NCBI GenBank assembly: GCA_965261395.1
Contig: OZ253462.1
Location: 782,889-846,888, forward strand
From: Candidatus Latescibacterota bacterium
Lineage (GTDB): Bacteria > Latescibacterota > UBA2968 > UBA8231
DNA length: 64,000 bases
Reading direction: 5' to 3'
Shown: piece after piece, positions 28,358-37,151 of the stretch
How the letters are laid out: each line of letters begins with the position of its first letter
How positions within the stretch are numbered: position 1 is the first letter of the stretch
Notes under the pieces: generated by a model
The model's database searches: none
What the model was told of the DNA's origin: nothing
The model's input: only the letters and a program-made list of their open reading frames with translations
Program-made: the position numbers and the translations under genes

Positions 28358-29136
28358 AACCCAATAAAGTCAAACGCACCCTCAAAGAGGGCGGCACGGT
28401 CATCGGCACCATGACCTTTGAATTTTGCACTCCGGGCATTGCCCGTCTCTCTGCCGAGGCTGGCGCTGAATTCATTATGTACGACATGGAGCACACCGGC
28501 TGGAGCGTCGAGACAGTGCGCGACCTGATCGCCACCACCAATGCCGATCACATTGAGCCTTTGGTGCGGGTGCCGGCGACCCAATACCACTTCATCGCCC
28601 GCGTCCTCGACGTCGGGGCCCGGGGCGTCATGGTGCCGATGATTAGCGACGCGCAGCAGACCGAGGTCATCGTGCAGTCGGGCAAGTACCCGCCCATTGG
28701 CCAGCGCGGCGCAGCCTTCCAAATCGCCCACGACCACTTCGCCGAAGGCTCCATCATCGGCAAGATCGACCACGCCAATACCGAGGGCCTGCTGATCGCT
28801 CAGATCGAAAACCGCCCCGGGCTCGAAAACGTCGATCGCATCGCCGCGGTGGAGGGGATTGATGTGCTGTGGATTGGGGGTTTTGACTTGAGCAACTTCT
28901 TGGGGATTCCCGGGCAGTTTGACCACCCCGAATTCACCGCCGCCCTCGACCGCGTTGTCGATTCCTGCGAGCGCCACGGCAAGGCTGCTGGCTACTTGGT
29001 CAATACTATCGAGGAAGGAACGGAGATGCTGCGCCGAGGCTTTCGCTGCATAGCGTATGGCGGTGATTTATGGCTCTATCGCCGCGCCTTGGCCGAAGGC
29101 ATCGAAGGGCTGCGGACGAGCGTCTGGCGGCGGTGA
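28354..29136 (+). CDS. HpcH/HpaI-family aldolase (2-keto-3-deoxy acid aldolase-like)
   Basis: ATGA overlap with the upstream dehydrogenase gene. EFIMYDMEHTGWS, PLVRVP, GVMVPMI, AQIENRPGLENVDRIAAVEGIDVLWIG. Confidence 0.85.
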   Translation: MKPNKVKRTLKEGGTVIGTMTFEFCTPGIARLSAEAGAEFIMYDMEHTGWSVETVRDLIATTNADHIEPLVRVPATQYHFIARVLDVGARGVMVPMISDAQQTEVIVQSGKYPPIGQRGAAFQIAHDHFAEGSIIGKIDHANTEGLLIAQIENRPGLENVDRIAAVEGIDVLWIGGFDLSNFLGIPGQFDHPEFTAALDRVVDSCERHGKAAGYLVNTIEEGTEMLRRGFRCIAYGGDLWLYRRALAEGIEGLRTSVWRR

Positions 29137-29195
29137 TCGCAGAGACGCTATCCGTTTGGGTTAAGGCCACTCAACACAAATCAGGAGGTGAGAGT

Positions 29196-29432
29196 ATGGA
29201 CAATCGAATTACTATTGATCCTCAAGTGTATCACGGCCAAGCCTGCATTAAGGGGACTCGCCTTCCCGTGCATCAAATCCTCCGGATGCTCGCCAACGGG
29301 GATACCATCGAAGACCTACTTCAAGAATATCCTTCTCTAACATGGGAAGATATCCTCGCTTGCTTCGACTATGCAGCCTCACTGGCTGAAGAGCAAATGG
29401 CCCCTCTTGAAGTTCTCTCGGGCGAGGTATGA
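29196..29432 (+). CDS. DUF433-family antitoxin-like protein
   Basis: AGGAGG at 29183-29188. MDNRITIDPQVYHGQACIKGTRLPVHQILRMLANGDTIEDLLQEYPSLTWEDILACFDYA matches the DUF433 pattern. Confidence 0.8.
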   Translation: MDNRITIDPQVYHGQACIKGTRLPVHQILRMLANGDTIEDLLQEYPSLTWEDILACFDYAASLAEEQMAPLEVLSGEV

Positions 29433-29539
29433 AGATCTTGGTCGATGAGCACATCCCCCTCATGACGGTCCAAGCCTTGCCTATGATGGGGCATGACGTC
29501 CGCGAAAAAGACGCAGAGAAAAGACGCAGGAACGACTAG
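29429..29539 (+). pseudogene. truncated DUF5615/PIN-like toxin (36 codons)
   Basis: ATGA overlap with the DUF433 gene. MKILVDEHIPLMTVQALPMMGHDVRE matches the N-terminus of DUF5615 toxins, but the ORF stops after 36 aa (TAG 29537-29539). Confidence 0.55.
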
Positions 29540-29548
29540 GGATCAGAC

Positions 29549-29701
29549 CTATACGCATAGCCGAGCTCGCCGCGATGTGGTCTTTGCTCTGTTGGTTGGG
29601 TGTTTTTCCAACCGCTGTTCCACTCGGTCAATCACCTCGTGAATAACCGTGTGAGCCAGTTGGTTTGTGTCGCGTGATCTTTTGGGCTTATTCTTGGACA
29701 T
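29549..29701 (-). CDS. possible small basic protein (50 aa)
   Basis: MSKNKPKRSRDTNQLAHTVIHEV... The basic N-terminus followed by a DxNQLA motif resembles small proteins often seen near TA loci. It is below the ORF-track size cutoff. Confidence 0.3.
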   Translation of the reverse strand: MSKNKPKRSRDTNQLAHTVIHEVIDRVEQRLEKHPTNRAKTTSRRARLCV

Positions 29702-29760
29702 GCTATAAATATGGGTAGTGTCCCAACACCAAGTAAGCAGATTTCACAGGGAAGACTTAA

Positions 29761-30024
29761 ATGTATCTAAGCGACCTATTGGATGCTCTCGATAATGGTA
29801 AGCCTATTGAACTGTCAAGACGTGAACTCATCGAGATTTTTCAAAAGCAGAAGCCCTTAAATGACAGCCAACGTCTCGCCTTGTTCCATAGATTGGAACT
29901 CCGCGACCGAGACCGAGAGTGGCCCTTTGAGAAAGAACGCCTGACACAAAAAGAGGTAGCAGAGAAAACAGGTGTATCTCTTGAACTTGTGAAACAGTAT
30001 GACGCTGGAAATCTGTCCGTCTAA
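29761..30024 (+). CDS. small HTH-containing protein
   Basis: 87 aa. LTQKEVAEKTGVSLELVKQY looks like a helix-turn-helix. Lies in the low-GC islet. Confidence 0.5.
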   Translation: MYLSDLLDALDNGKPIELSRRELIEIFQKQKPLNDSQRLALFHRLELRDRDREWPFEKERLTQKEVAEKTGVSLELVKQYDAGNLSV

Positions 30025-30122
30025 AAGGTTGGCAACCCGTTTAATGGCATCAAGTATATAATTCCCATTTCAAAATAGGCGACTACCAGGAAATCTTAAA
30101 GCCCATAGAGAGGAAGAACCAC

Positions 30123-30341
30123 ATGAACAGAAAAGATTTTGATGCTTGTGCCTGTGAATTGTCTGATAGGGTTGGGGAGATTCGAATGGAGGTAAGTAAA
30201 CTTGCCAAGAAGGCGCGTAATACCTCCTTAGAGGGAGCAGTGGGTTTAGATCCGGCTGCCGCCCTAGACGAACTGGATGAATTACTAGAGGAGGTCGCTA
30301 ACTCCTTGTACGTGACCTTCAAAACCGAAGACGAAATGTAA
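30123..30341 (+). CDS. hypothetical small acidic protein
   Basis: 72-aa ORF with an AGAGAGG-type Shine-Dalgarno sequence upstream. The antisense 95-aa ORF is low-complexity and less likely. Confidence 0.4.
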   Translation: MNRKDFDACACELSDRVGEIRMEVSKLAKKARNTSLEGAVGLDPAAALDELDELLEEVANSLYVTFKTEDEM

Positions 30342-30363
30342 AACCCATAACTTATCATTCCGG

Positions 30364-30413
30364 ATTTCAAAATAGACCACTACCTCAAAATAGGTAGTGG
30401 TCTATTTTGAAAT
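30364..30413. repeat. perfect inverted repeat (22-bp arms, 6-nt loop) built from the islet motif
   Basis: ATTTCAAAATAGACCACTACCT - CAAAAT - AGGTAGTGGTCTATTTTGAAAT, located 23 bp after the stop of 30123..30341. Confidence 0.9.
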
Positions 30414-30637
30414 TGGGCATAGTCGCTGGCCACGTCTTTATTGAGCCGCGCCGGGGCCGGTGGCCTCCCCTGAGCCTTGCTCGGCTGCTGGCTGCCGGTC
30501 GCCGCGATCGCGGCCGCTGAAAGTCAAAGAGAGACACTACCAAAAAAGGAGACCGCAACGCAATTAGCCGATCCTCGAACGAATTTCAAAAAGGATTAGA
30601 CCTGTGGCTATACTTCAGGCACACAAGGAGAGTTCAA

Positions 30638-31012
30638 ATGAACTACGAAGATATTATCCAAGACTTGAGCGAGTATGTCGAGCGATTTGATTGCAAGAAG
30701 CAATACAAGCGGAGGAAAACAATACTTCAAATATATCGACTATTAGACAATAGACCTTCGGGCGGCGATTTCCGAAGGCAGTGGGGTTGGGAAGTAGTAG
30801 GGGAAATTCGCCAAGCTGGTAAAGGTCCGGCAACGATTGTGAACGTAACCCCTGACGCACCGCACTACATAAAGTCGCTGGAAGGCGATACCCAAGAAAA
30901 CTTCCCCATACTCCAGAACAAAATCCGTTGTAAAGCGTTTCGGCACGAAGCCAAAAAAGTGTTCAGAAACTATTTGTCAGCCGAGATAAAACAGCTTGAA
31001 GATGACGGCTAA
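30638..31012 (+). CDS. hypothetical protein
   Basis: 124-aa ORF with AAGGAG 8 nt upstream of the ATG. No recognisable family. Confidence 0.5.
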   Translation: MNYEDIIQDLSEYVERFDCKKQYKRRKTILQIYRLLDNRPSGGDFRRQWGWEVVGEIRQAGKGPATIVNVTPDAPHYIKSLEGDTQENFPILQNKIRCKAFRHEAKKVFRNYLSAEIKQLEDDG

Positions 31013-31080
31013 TCAGGCAGGCAGATTTCAAATAGACCACCCATAACTTGACGCGTCATCTCACAACCGGAGGCAATGCT

Positions 31081-31629
31081 ATGAAGATCGCCAGTTACGT
31101 CCTGTTGGGCCTTTTATCTTGCGTCGAGGTCTTGGCCGGAGAGACCGCCTTTGATAGAGCCGTTGAAGCCTATCGGACCTACAAGAAAGCCCAGCACGCC
31201 TATTTTGAAGCCATCGACGCCCACGAAGAAACTAGGCTGGCTTGGGATGCTTATTGGGCCACAGACCGAGCCGATGACGAAGCCCATAAGAAAGCCGAGG
31301 CCGCTTGGGAGGAAGCCAGAGACACAAATAAAGAAGTCAAAGGCGCCTATGCGATTTTTAGTATAACCGGAAAAGCTGCTTTTGAAGCCGTAGACGCGAT
31401 TGAAGAAGTCAAGCTAGCCCTTGCCGCTTTTGATGAAGCCGAACGCGCCGTTGAAGACGCTCAAGATGCTTGGTTTAACGCCAAAGGCCCCCGTGAAGCC
31501 TATTATTTGACCGCCCTCAATGAAGCCCATGCCGCCCTTGATGAAGCCAGCGACACCTACCTTGCAGTCAGGGAAGTCTTTGATGAAGCCATCAAAAAAG
31601 CCTACGAGAGGGGCGAAAAAAACCATTGA
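31081..31629 (+). CDS. secreted alpha-helical repeat protein
   Basis: Start trimmed to ATG 31081 (GGAGG at 31069-31073). Signal peptide MKIASYVLLGLLSCVEVLAG, then repetitive A/E/D/K-rich helices (AYxxFEAIDA..., FEAVDAIEE..., ALDEASDTY...). Confidence 0.6.
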   Translation: MKIASYVLLGLLSCVEVLAGETAFDRAVEAYRTYKKAQHAYFEAIDAHEETRLAWDAYWATDRADDEAHKKAEAAWEEARDTNKEVKGAYAIFSITGKAAFEAVDAIEEVKLALAAFDEAERAVEDAQDAWFNAKGPREAYYLTALNEAHAALDEASDTYLAVREVFDEAIKKAYERGEKNH

Positions 31630-31654
31630 TAAGGCTTGCTGACCCAGTTCCGAT

Positions 31655-31683
31655 CCCCCTTGGCAAGAACCGTGCCAAGGGGG
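31655..31683 (+). terminator. stem-loop after the secreted-protein gene
   Basis: CCCCCTTGGCA - AGAACCG - TGCCAAGGGGG (11-bp perfect stem), followed by CTGATTTT. Confidence 0.55.
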
Positions 31684-31781
31684 CTGATTTTCGCAGCTTA
31701 TTTCAAACTGACCCAGTTCCGAATGAAAAATAAAAAGGCCGCCGTGTAAGGGCGGGTCCCATCGTTAGTCCACTAGCTGGC

Positions 31782-32570
31782 CTATTCGCCCTCCAGCGCC
31801 CGCCGCATCGCATCGCCTTGATCGCGCCAATACCCGTACAGCACGGCTATATCCGTGCCAACGCAGAAGTGCCGCACCCCCATGTCGAGAAAGCGCTTGG
31901 CATCGTCGGCTGTGTTGATCTCGGCGCGCGGGTGGACGCCCATCTCCAAGGCCGTCTTAAAGACCTTCTCTTCGGCTGCGGCAATTTCCGGTGCGCCGCG
32001 CTGGCCGGCCTTGCCGACGCTCATGGAGTAATCGGCCCCTCCCCACTGGACCATCTCGACTCCTTCTACCGAGAGCATGGCTTCTAGGTCGGCGACGGCA
32101 GTTTTCTTTTCAATCATCAAAACCACGACCACGTCGCGCAGGGCTTGGACGTACTCCGGGGTACCGCCATAGCTCATATAGGCGAAGCGCCGCATGGCTA
32201 CCCCATAGGTGCCTTCGTCCCCGGGCGCGTCGGCGCGCACGCAGCGCACACAGGCCCGCGCGTCGTCTGGGTCGCGCACATCGGCAAACAGTACGCTGCC
32301 GAAGCCCGACCCTATGGCCCGTTGGGCCACATAAGCGCGGTTCTCGGCATCGACCTTGATCATCGTTCCCAAATCCCATAGCTCGGCGGCTCGGGCGAGG
32401 TTGTCCAAGTCGTGCAGGTCGAAGGGGGCGTACTCGGCGACAAATTCCACATAGTCGTACGCGCCGGTATGCCCTAGTGCTTCGACGACCGAAGGCCAAG
32501 TGGTGTGGATGTGGGTAGCGAGTGTCGGCTCGCCGGCATTGAGCTTTTCGCGCAGCTTGTTGGGTCTCAT
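31782..32570 (-). CDS. HpcH/HpaI-family aldolase
   Basis: Start trimmed to ATG 32568-32570 (MRPNKLREKLNAGEPTLATH). DYVEFVAEYAPF, VLMIEKKTAVADLEAMLSVEGVEMVQWGGADYS. Confidence 0.85.
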   Translation of the reverse strand: MRPNKLREKLNAGEPTLATHIHTTWPSVVEALGHTGAYDYVEFVAEYAPFDLHDLDNLARAAELWDLGTMIKVDAENRAYVAQRAIGSGFGSVLFADVRDPDDARACVRCVRADAPGDEGTYGVAMRRFAYMSYGGTPEYVQALRDVVVVLMIEKKTAVADLEAMLSVEGVEMVQWGGADYSMSVGKAGQRGAPEIAAAEEKVFKTALEMGVHPRAEINTADDAKRFLDMGVRHFCVGTDIAVLYGYWRDQGDAMRRALEGE

Positions 32571-32583
32571 AGTTCCTTTCCTT

Positions 32584-33555
32584 TTATGTCTGAACCTCGT
32601 CGCGGTCGGTGGCTGGTGGCGGCGCGATTGAAAGCGCCGATATCTCGGCGTACATCTCGGCCGACATGGCAAAGTCGAGTGCGGCAAGCGACGGCTTGAG
32701 CTGGTCTAGGTCGCGCCCGCCGACGATCGGCGCGGTCACGTCTTGATGCCCCATGACCCAGGCGACGGCCAAGGTCGCCGGATGCACGCCCTGGTCGCCG
32801 GCATAGCGCACGAAGCGCTCGGCGACTTCGTAGAACACGGGATTGGCGTAGCGCTTGATGTAGTTGTCTTGCTGCAAGAGCCGACCCCGCTCGGGCCGCT
32901 TGTCGATCCCGTACTTGCCGGTCAGCAAGCCGCCTCCCAAGGGGCTGTAGGTAATCACGCCCAAGCTTTCTGAGCGGGCCAGCGGCAGGATTTCTACCTC
33001 CACTTGCCGCTTGGCCAAGCTGTACATGGGTTGAATGCAGGCAAAGGATGCCAGCCCCTCGCGGGCGCAGTGGCCGAGGGCTTTGGCAATTTGCCAAGCG
33101 GCCCAGTTGCTCACGGCCGGATAGAGGATTTTGCCGCCGCGCACCAAGTCGTCGAGCGCGGCGAGGGTCTCTTCCATCGGCGTATCTTCGTCGAAGTTGT
33201 GGACGAAGTAGAAGTCGAGGCGATCCGTCTGCAAGCGCCTGAGACTGGCCTCTACGGCCTGCACAATATGCCGCCGCGACAGGCCCCGGTCGTTGGGGCC
33301 GTCGCCCATCGAGCCGCAGACTTTCGAGGTGATTACCAACTCGTCGCGCTCGCCTTGGATCAACCGGCCCAAGATCTCCTCGGAACGCCCGTTGGAATAG
33401 ACATTGGCCGTGTCGAAGAAATTGATCCCCAACTCGCGGCAGTAGCGATACATCTGCCCAGAGGTCGCCTCGTCCGTATCGCCGCCAAAGGCCATAGTAC
33501 CATAGCACAGGGCAGACACTTTGACGCCTGTGCGGCCTAGGGTATTGTACTGCAT
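32584..33555 (-). CDS. aldo/keto reductase
   Basis: MQYNTLGRTGVKVSALCYGTMAFGG, FFDTANVYSNGRSEEILG, LDFYFVHNFD. Confidence 0.9.
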   Translation of the reverse strand: MQYNTLGRTGVKVSALCYGTMAFGGDTDEATSGQMYRYCRELGINFFDTANVYSNGRSEEILGRLIQGERDELVITSKVCGSMGDGPNDRGLSRRHIVQAVEASLRRLQTDRLDFYFVHNFDEDTPMEETLAALDDLVRGGKILYPAVSNWAAWQIAKALGHCAREGLASFACIQPMYSLAKRQVEVEILPLARSESLGVITYSPLGGGLLTGKYGIDKRPERGRLLQQDNYIKRYANPVFYEVAERFVRYAGDQGVHPATLAVAWVMGHQDVTAPIVGGRDLDQLKPSLAALDFAMSAEMYAEISALSIAPPPATDRDEVQT

Positions 33556-33710
33556 CTTCTATTTTCTCCTTTAGTAGAATTCCGTGCGGCAGGGCAAGCT
33601 AAGGAAGAGGGTAGCTGTTATCAAGTGGCGTCATTGGCCGCGCCGCACCGCCTTTCTATATTAAGCGCTGCGCTGTACACACCCCGCATCACAGGAGTGG
33701 CTCAACCCCA

Positions 33711-33995
33711 ATGGACGCACCCCGCCAACGCCTGCTCTACTTGCAGGCGCGCACCCCTAGCGTCATGTCCAATATCATCGGTCTAACGCTCATCGAGCCG
33801 GTCGCGGGCTTTGCGCCCGAAATCCACGCCGAAACAGCACCCGATTGGCCCTACGAAACCGTACACGACGCCGTAGTTGACGGCTGGCAAATCGTCCAAT
33901 TTCCTCACCTCCAGGCCCCGTTCGACGACAGGGAATTGGACGTGATAGGCTATGAATTTATCCTACAGAAAATGGAGGTTATTGCCGATGGATAA
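33711..33995 (+). CDS. small hypothetical protein overlapping the start of the downstream PhyH gene
   Basis: 94-aa ORF (alternative ATG at 33765). Its 3' end overlaps the PhyH start at 33988 by 8 nt. No family recognised. Confidence 0.45.
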   Translation: MDAPRQRLLYLQARTPSVMSNIIGLTLIEPVAGFAPEIHAETAPDWPYETVHDAVVDGWQIVQFPHLQAPFDDRELDVIGYEFILQKMEVIADG

Positions 33996-34767
33996 GCATC
34001 TGCTCAGCGACGCCGAAGTGGCCCGTTTTCTCGTCTCCGGCTACCACCTCATCGAGCCGGAATTACCCACCGGGCTCAACGAGTCCATCGCCGACCAGCT
34101 CGACGCTTTGGACCACAATCCCGGCGACGCCATCACCGAAGCGGTGCCCGGGCTCTGGCAAGTGCTTGACCACCCGGCCGTCACCAGCGCGCTTGTCAGC
34201 CTGCTCGGCCCGGACTACGAGGTGCAGTCGCATCGCCATTGGCACTGCAAGCAGCCGGACTCCCCGCACATGAACTGGCACCAAGACGGCCTCAACAACC
34301 GCGATGTATTGCTCAACCGCTTCCTAGGGCTGTACTACCCGACCGACGTCACGCCCGATATGGGGCCGACGATCATCGTCCCCGGCACCCAATTCCGCAA
34401 CGCGCCGACGGATCGCATGGCCACGTACTCCAACATTCGCGGCCAAGTGCCGCTCGTGGTCAAGGCTGGTACCGTGGCCTTCACGCACTACGACCTCTGG
34501 CACGGCACAGCCGCCAACCGCTCGCCGCACAAGCGCCACATGATCAAGTTCCTCTTCCGCCGCACTCGGGATAACACAGCACCCACTTGGAATCACGACC
34601 CAGAGGCGGCCGACAAGCCCGCCGACTGGAATGAGCGCGACCGGGCCGAGGACGTCACCAACATCTTCAACTTCACCAATCCGCTAGGCGTCTCCCAGAG
34701 CGACCACTACAAGGAGCGCGCCATCCGCCGCCAGAACTGGAACTACCTCATGGGTCTGTCAGCCTAA
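33988..34767 (+). CDS. PhyH-family dioxygenase (HEAT-less member of the 8251/25275 subgroup)
   Basis: Start trimmed to ATG 33988 (GGAGG at 33974-33978). NWHQDG (HxD), LYYPTDVTPDMGPTIIVPG, YDLWHGTA. The N-terminal LLSDAEVARFLVSGYHLI parallels the two HEAT-fused paralogs. Confidence 0.85.
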   Translation: MDKHLLSDAEVARFLVSGYHLIEPELPTGLNESIADQLDALDHNPGDAITEAVPGLWQVLDHPAVTSALVSLLGPDYEVQSHRHWHCKQPDSPHMNWHQDGLNNRDVLLNRFLGLYYPTDVTPDMGPTIIVPGTQFRNAPTDRMATYSNIRGQVPLVVKAGTVAFTHYDLWHGTAANRSPHKRHMIKFLFRRTRDNTAPTWNHDPEAADKPADWNERDRAEDVTNIFNFTNPLGVSQSDHYKERAIRRQNWNYLMGLSA

Positions 34768-34795
34768 TCCCAACCCCTAGCAGAGAAAGCATTTT

Positions 34796-35473
34796 ATGAC
34801 CGTCCAGATTGCCCGCGTTGAAGAGCGTTTCAAATGCCCCGGACCTCAGCCCAACGGCCTGCAAGCCGCGCCCGACGGCCTCTGGTGTATCGACCAAGTG
34901 GACCTCAAGGTCTATAAATTCGACTACGAGAGCGGCGAGATCCTCTTTGAAGCCCAGACCGACACCGCACACTCCAGCGGCATTACCCTCGGCGACGGCT
35001 CTATGTGGATCGCCTCGACCTTTGAGCTTAAGATCGCCCGCCTCGACCCGGCTACGGGCCAGACCATCGCCAAGCTGGATTCGCCCGGCAATGGCGTCGT
35101 CGCTTGGGTCGCCGACCAGCAAAATGGCCGCGTCACCGGGGCCCACGGCCTCGAGTGGAAGGACGGCAAGGTGTACGTGGCCTCGCCGCCTTCGCAGTTC
35201 GTTCACGTGATGGATGCCAGCACTTGGGAAGAAGTCCATTCCTTCCGCGTCCCCGGCCTTCGGGTTCACGGCCTAGCTTGGGCTGACGACGGCACCCTCT
35301 GGGTCGCCGACACCTCAGCCGGCACCATCAACCGCCTCGATCCCGAAGACGGGCGCATCTGGGAGGTCATCCGCGTCGAAGCTCCCACCGAAGTCCACGG
35401 ACTGACCATCCACGAGGGCGTGCTCTGGTACTGCGACGCCGCCACGCGCGCAATCGGCCAACTACATCTATAA
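34796..35473 (+). CDS. beta-propeller protein (glutaminyl-cyclase / lactonase-like fold)
   Basis: 225 aa with repeated blade-like segments (PNGLQAAPDGLWCID, SGITLGDGSMWIAS, AHGLEWKDGKVYVAS, VHGLAWADDGTLWVAD, VHGLTIHEGVLWYCD). Confidence 0.55.
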   Translation: MTVQIARVEERFKCPGPQPNGLQAAPDGLWCIDQVDLKVYKFDYESGEILFEAQTDTAHSSGITLGDGSMWIASTFELKIARLDPATGQTIAKLDSPGNGVVAWVADQQNGRVTGAHGLEWKDGKVYVASPPSQFVHVMDASTWEEVHSFRVPGLRVHGLAWADDGTLWVADTSAGTINRLDPEDGRIWEVIRVEAPTEVHGLTIHEGVLWYCDAATRAIGQLHL

Positions 35474-35488
35474 AAGAAAGGGGCTCCA

Positions 35489-36622
35489 TTGAAGATCACC
35501 GGTGTCAAGACCGCCGAAGTGCGCATAAAAGCCAACGGCCAACCCCGCTATCTCTACTATTACGTCCGCATCCATACCGACGAGGGCATCTACGGCACTG
35601 GCGAGGCCAGCCACGTCAATGGCGGCTGGCGCGGCTCCACCCAGTCCATGGCCGCCCAGCTCATCGGCAAGGACCCACGCGATGTCGATGCGCTCTTTGA
35701 AGGCATTCGCCGCAGCTACATCTTCCGCGGCGGTATGTCGGGCTTGGCGATTTCGGCGCTGACCGGCATTGAGGTCGCGCTTTGGGATTTGGCTGGCAAG
35801 GCCCAAGGCGTACCCGTTTACCGGCTCTTGGGCGGCAAGTTCCGCGACCGGGTGCGCCTCTACGTCGATAGTGCCCATTCGGACTACAAACAGCGCGCCG
35901 AGGATGCGCGCGCCAAAGGCTTCACCGCGATAAAGTTCGATCTCGACGACGCGGGCCATCCCGAAAAGCTCGATCCTTGGAATTGGTCGGTGACTCCTGC
36001 CGAGTTGGAGGATCTAGTCGCCCAAGCGCACCAGATCCGCGAGGCCGTCGGCCCCCACATGGACCTAGCCATTGACTTGCACGGTCGCTACGACGCCACC
36101 GCCGGGATGAAGTTCGCCCACGCGCTCGAGGGCCTGAATCTGCTGTGGCTCGAAGAGCCGGTACCGCCCGAGAATATCGACGCCCTCAAGCGCATCACCG
36201 ACTCGACCCGCACCCCGATCTGCGCCGGCGAGAACGCCTATCTGCGCTACGGCTTCCGCGACATGCTCGAACAGCAGGCGGTCGATATCATCATGCCCGA
36301 CATTTCCAAGTGCGGCGGCCTATCCGAGTGTCGCAAGATCGCCAACATGGCCGAGACCTACTACATCCCCTTTGCTCCGCACAACAACTCCAGCGCCTTG
36401 AGCACTGTGGGCGACGCCCACGTCTGCGCCAGTGTGCCCAATTTTCTCGCCTTGGAGTTCCATCGCTACGACGACCCGACCTGGAACGACGTGGTGCTAT
36501 CCGATGAGCCGGTGATTCAGGAAGGACACGTGGCCCTGAGCGAGAAGCCAGGGCTAGGGGTAGAACTGAACGAGGCGTTTCTACAGAGTATGCTGGAGGA
36601 CGGGGAGCCGCTCTGGCAGTAG
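35489..36622 (+). CDS. enolase-superfamily enzyme (mandelate racemase/muconate lactonising family, acid-sugar dehydratase-like)
   Basis: TTG start. MKITGVKTAEVR..., IHTDEGIYGTGEA, ALWDLAGKAQGVPVYRLLGG, DLHGRY, LWLEEP, IMPDISKCGG. Confidence 0.85.
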   Translation: MKITGVKTAEVRIKANGQPRYLYYYVRIHTDEGIYGTGEASHVNGGWRGSTQSMAAQLIGKDPRDVDALFEGIRRSYIFRGGMSGLAISALTGIEVALWDLAGKAQGVPVYRLLGGKFRDRVRLYVDSAHSDYKQRAEDARAKGFTAIKFDLDDAGHPEKLDPWNWSVTPAELEDLVAQAHQIREAVGPHMDLAIDLHGRYDATAGMKFAHALEGLNLLWLEEPVPPENIDALKRITDSTRTPICAGENAYLRYGFRDMLEQQAVDIIMPDISKCGGLSECRKIANMAETYYIPFAPHNNSSALSTVGDAHVCASVPNFLALEFHRYDDPTWNDVVLSDEPVIQEGHVALSEKPGLGVELNEAFLQSMLEDGEPLWQ

Positions 36623-36752
36623 CACCAGCGCAGGAATAAATCTGAGATAGGTTCTATAGCAGAGTTGAACGATTCGAGATGCGGATCATCTTGTGCATGC
36701 TATTCTGCGTCCATCTGCGTCCATCTGCGGATCATCAATTAGGAAACCCACC

Positions 36753-37151
36753 ATGACCCAACGCAAAGCATACAACCCCGCCTGGCCTTGGACCGAGAAT
36801 TTCCGCATCTCACAGGCTGTGCAGGTGGGCGATACGATCTATGTCTCCGGCCAAGGGCCGCTCGACCCGGAGGGGCAACTCGTCGGCGACGGCGACATGA
36901 CCGCGCAGTCGCGCCAAGTCTTTGCCAATATCCGCGCCGTGCTCGCCGAAGCCGGTGCGACCATGGACGACGTGGTCAAGATCACCTCGTTTATCACCGA
37001 CACGGGCCGCTACGCCGAATATGCGGCCGCCCGCGCCGAAGCCTTTCCCAACCATGTCCCCGCCAGCTCTACCGTGACGGTCGCCGATCTAGTCCTGCCC
37101 GGAATGCTCGTCGAGGTCGAGGCTATAGCCGTGCCCGGCAGCGGTAGCTAG
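36753..37151 (+). CDS. RidA/YjgF/UK114 family protein
   Basis: Start trimmed to ATG 36753. IYVSGQGPLDPEG, QSRQVFANIRAVLAEAGATMDDVVKITSFI, VEVEAIAV. Confidence 0.85.
   Translation: MTQRKAYNPAWPWTENFRISQAVQVGDTIYVSGQGPLDPEGQLVGDGDMTAQSRQVFANIRAVLAEAGATMDDVVKITSFITDTGRYAEYAAARAEAFPNHVPASSTVTVADLVLPGMLVEVEAIAVPGSGS

Noticed and set aside
30501-30514. A GCCGCGATCGCGGC palindrome containing the cyanobacterial HIP1 core GCGATCGC, inside a GC-rich patch of about 110 bp in the low-GC islet.
   Set aside because: I noticed only this one occurrence. HIP1 is meaningful only when highly iterated, and nothing else here suggests cyanobacteria.
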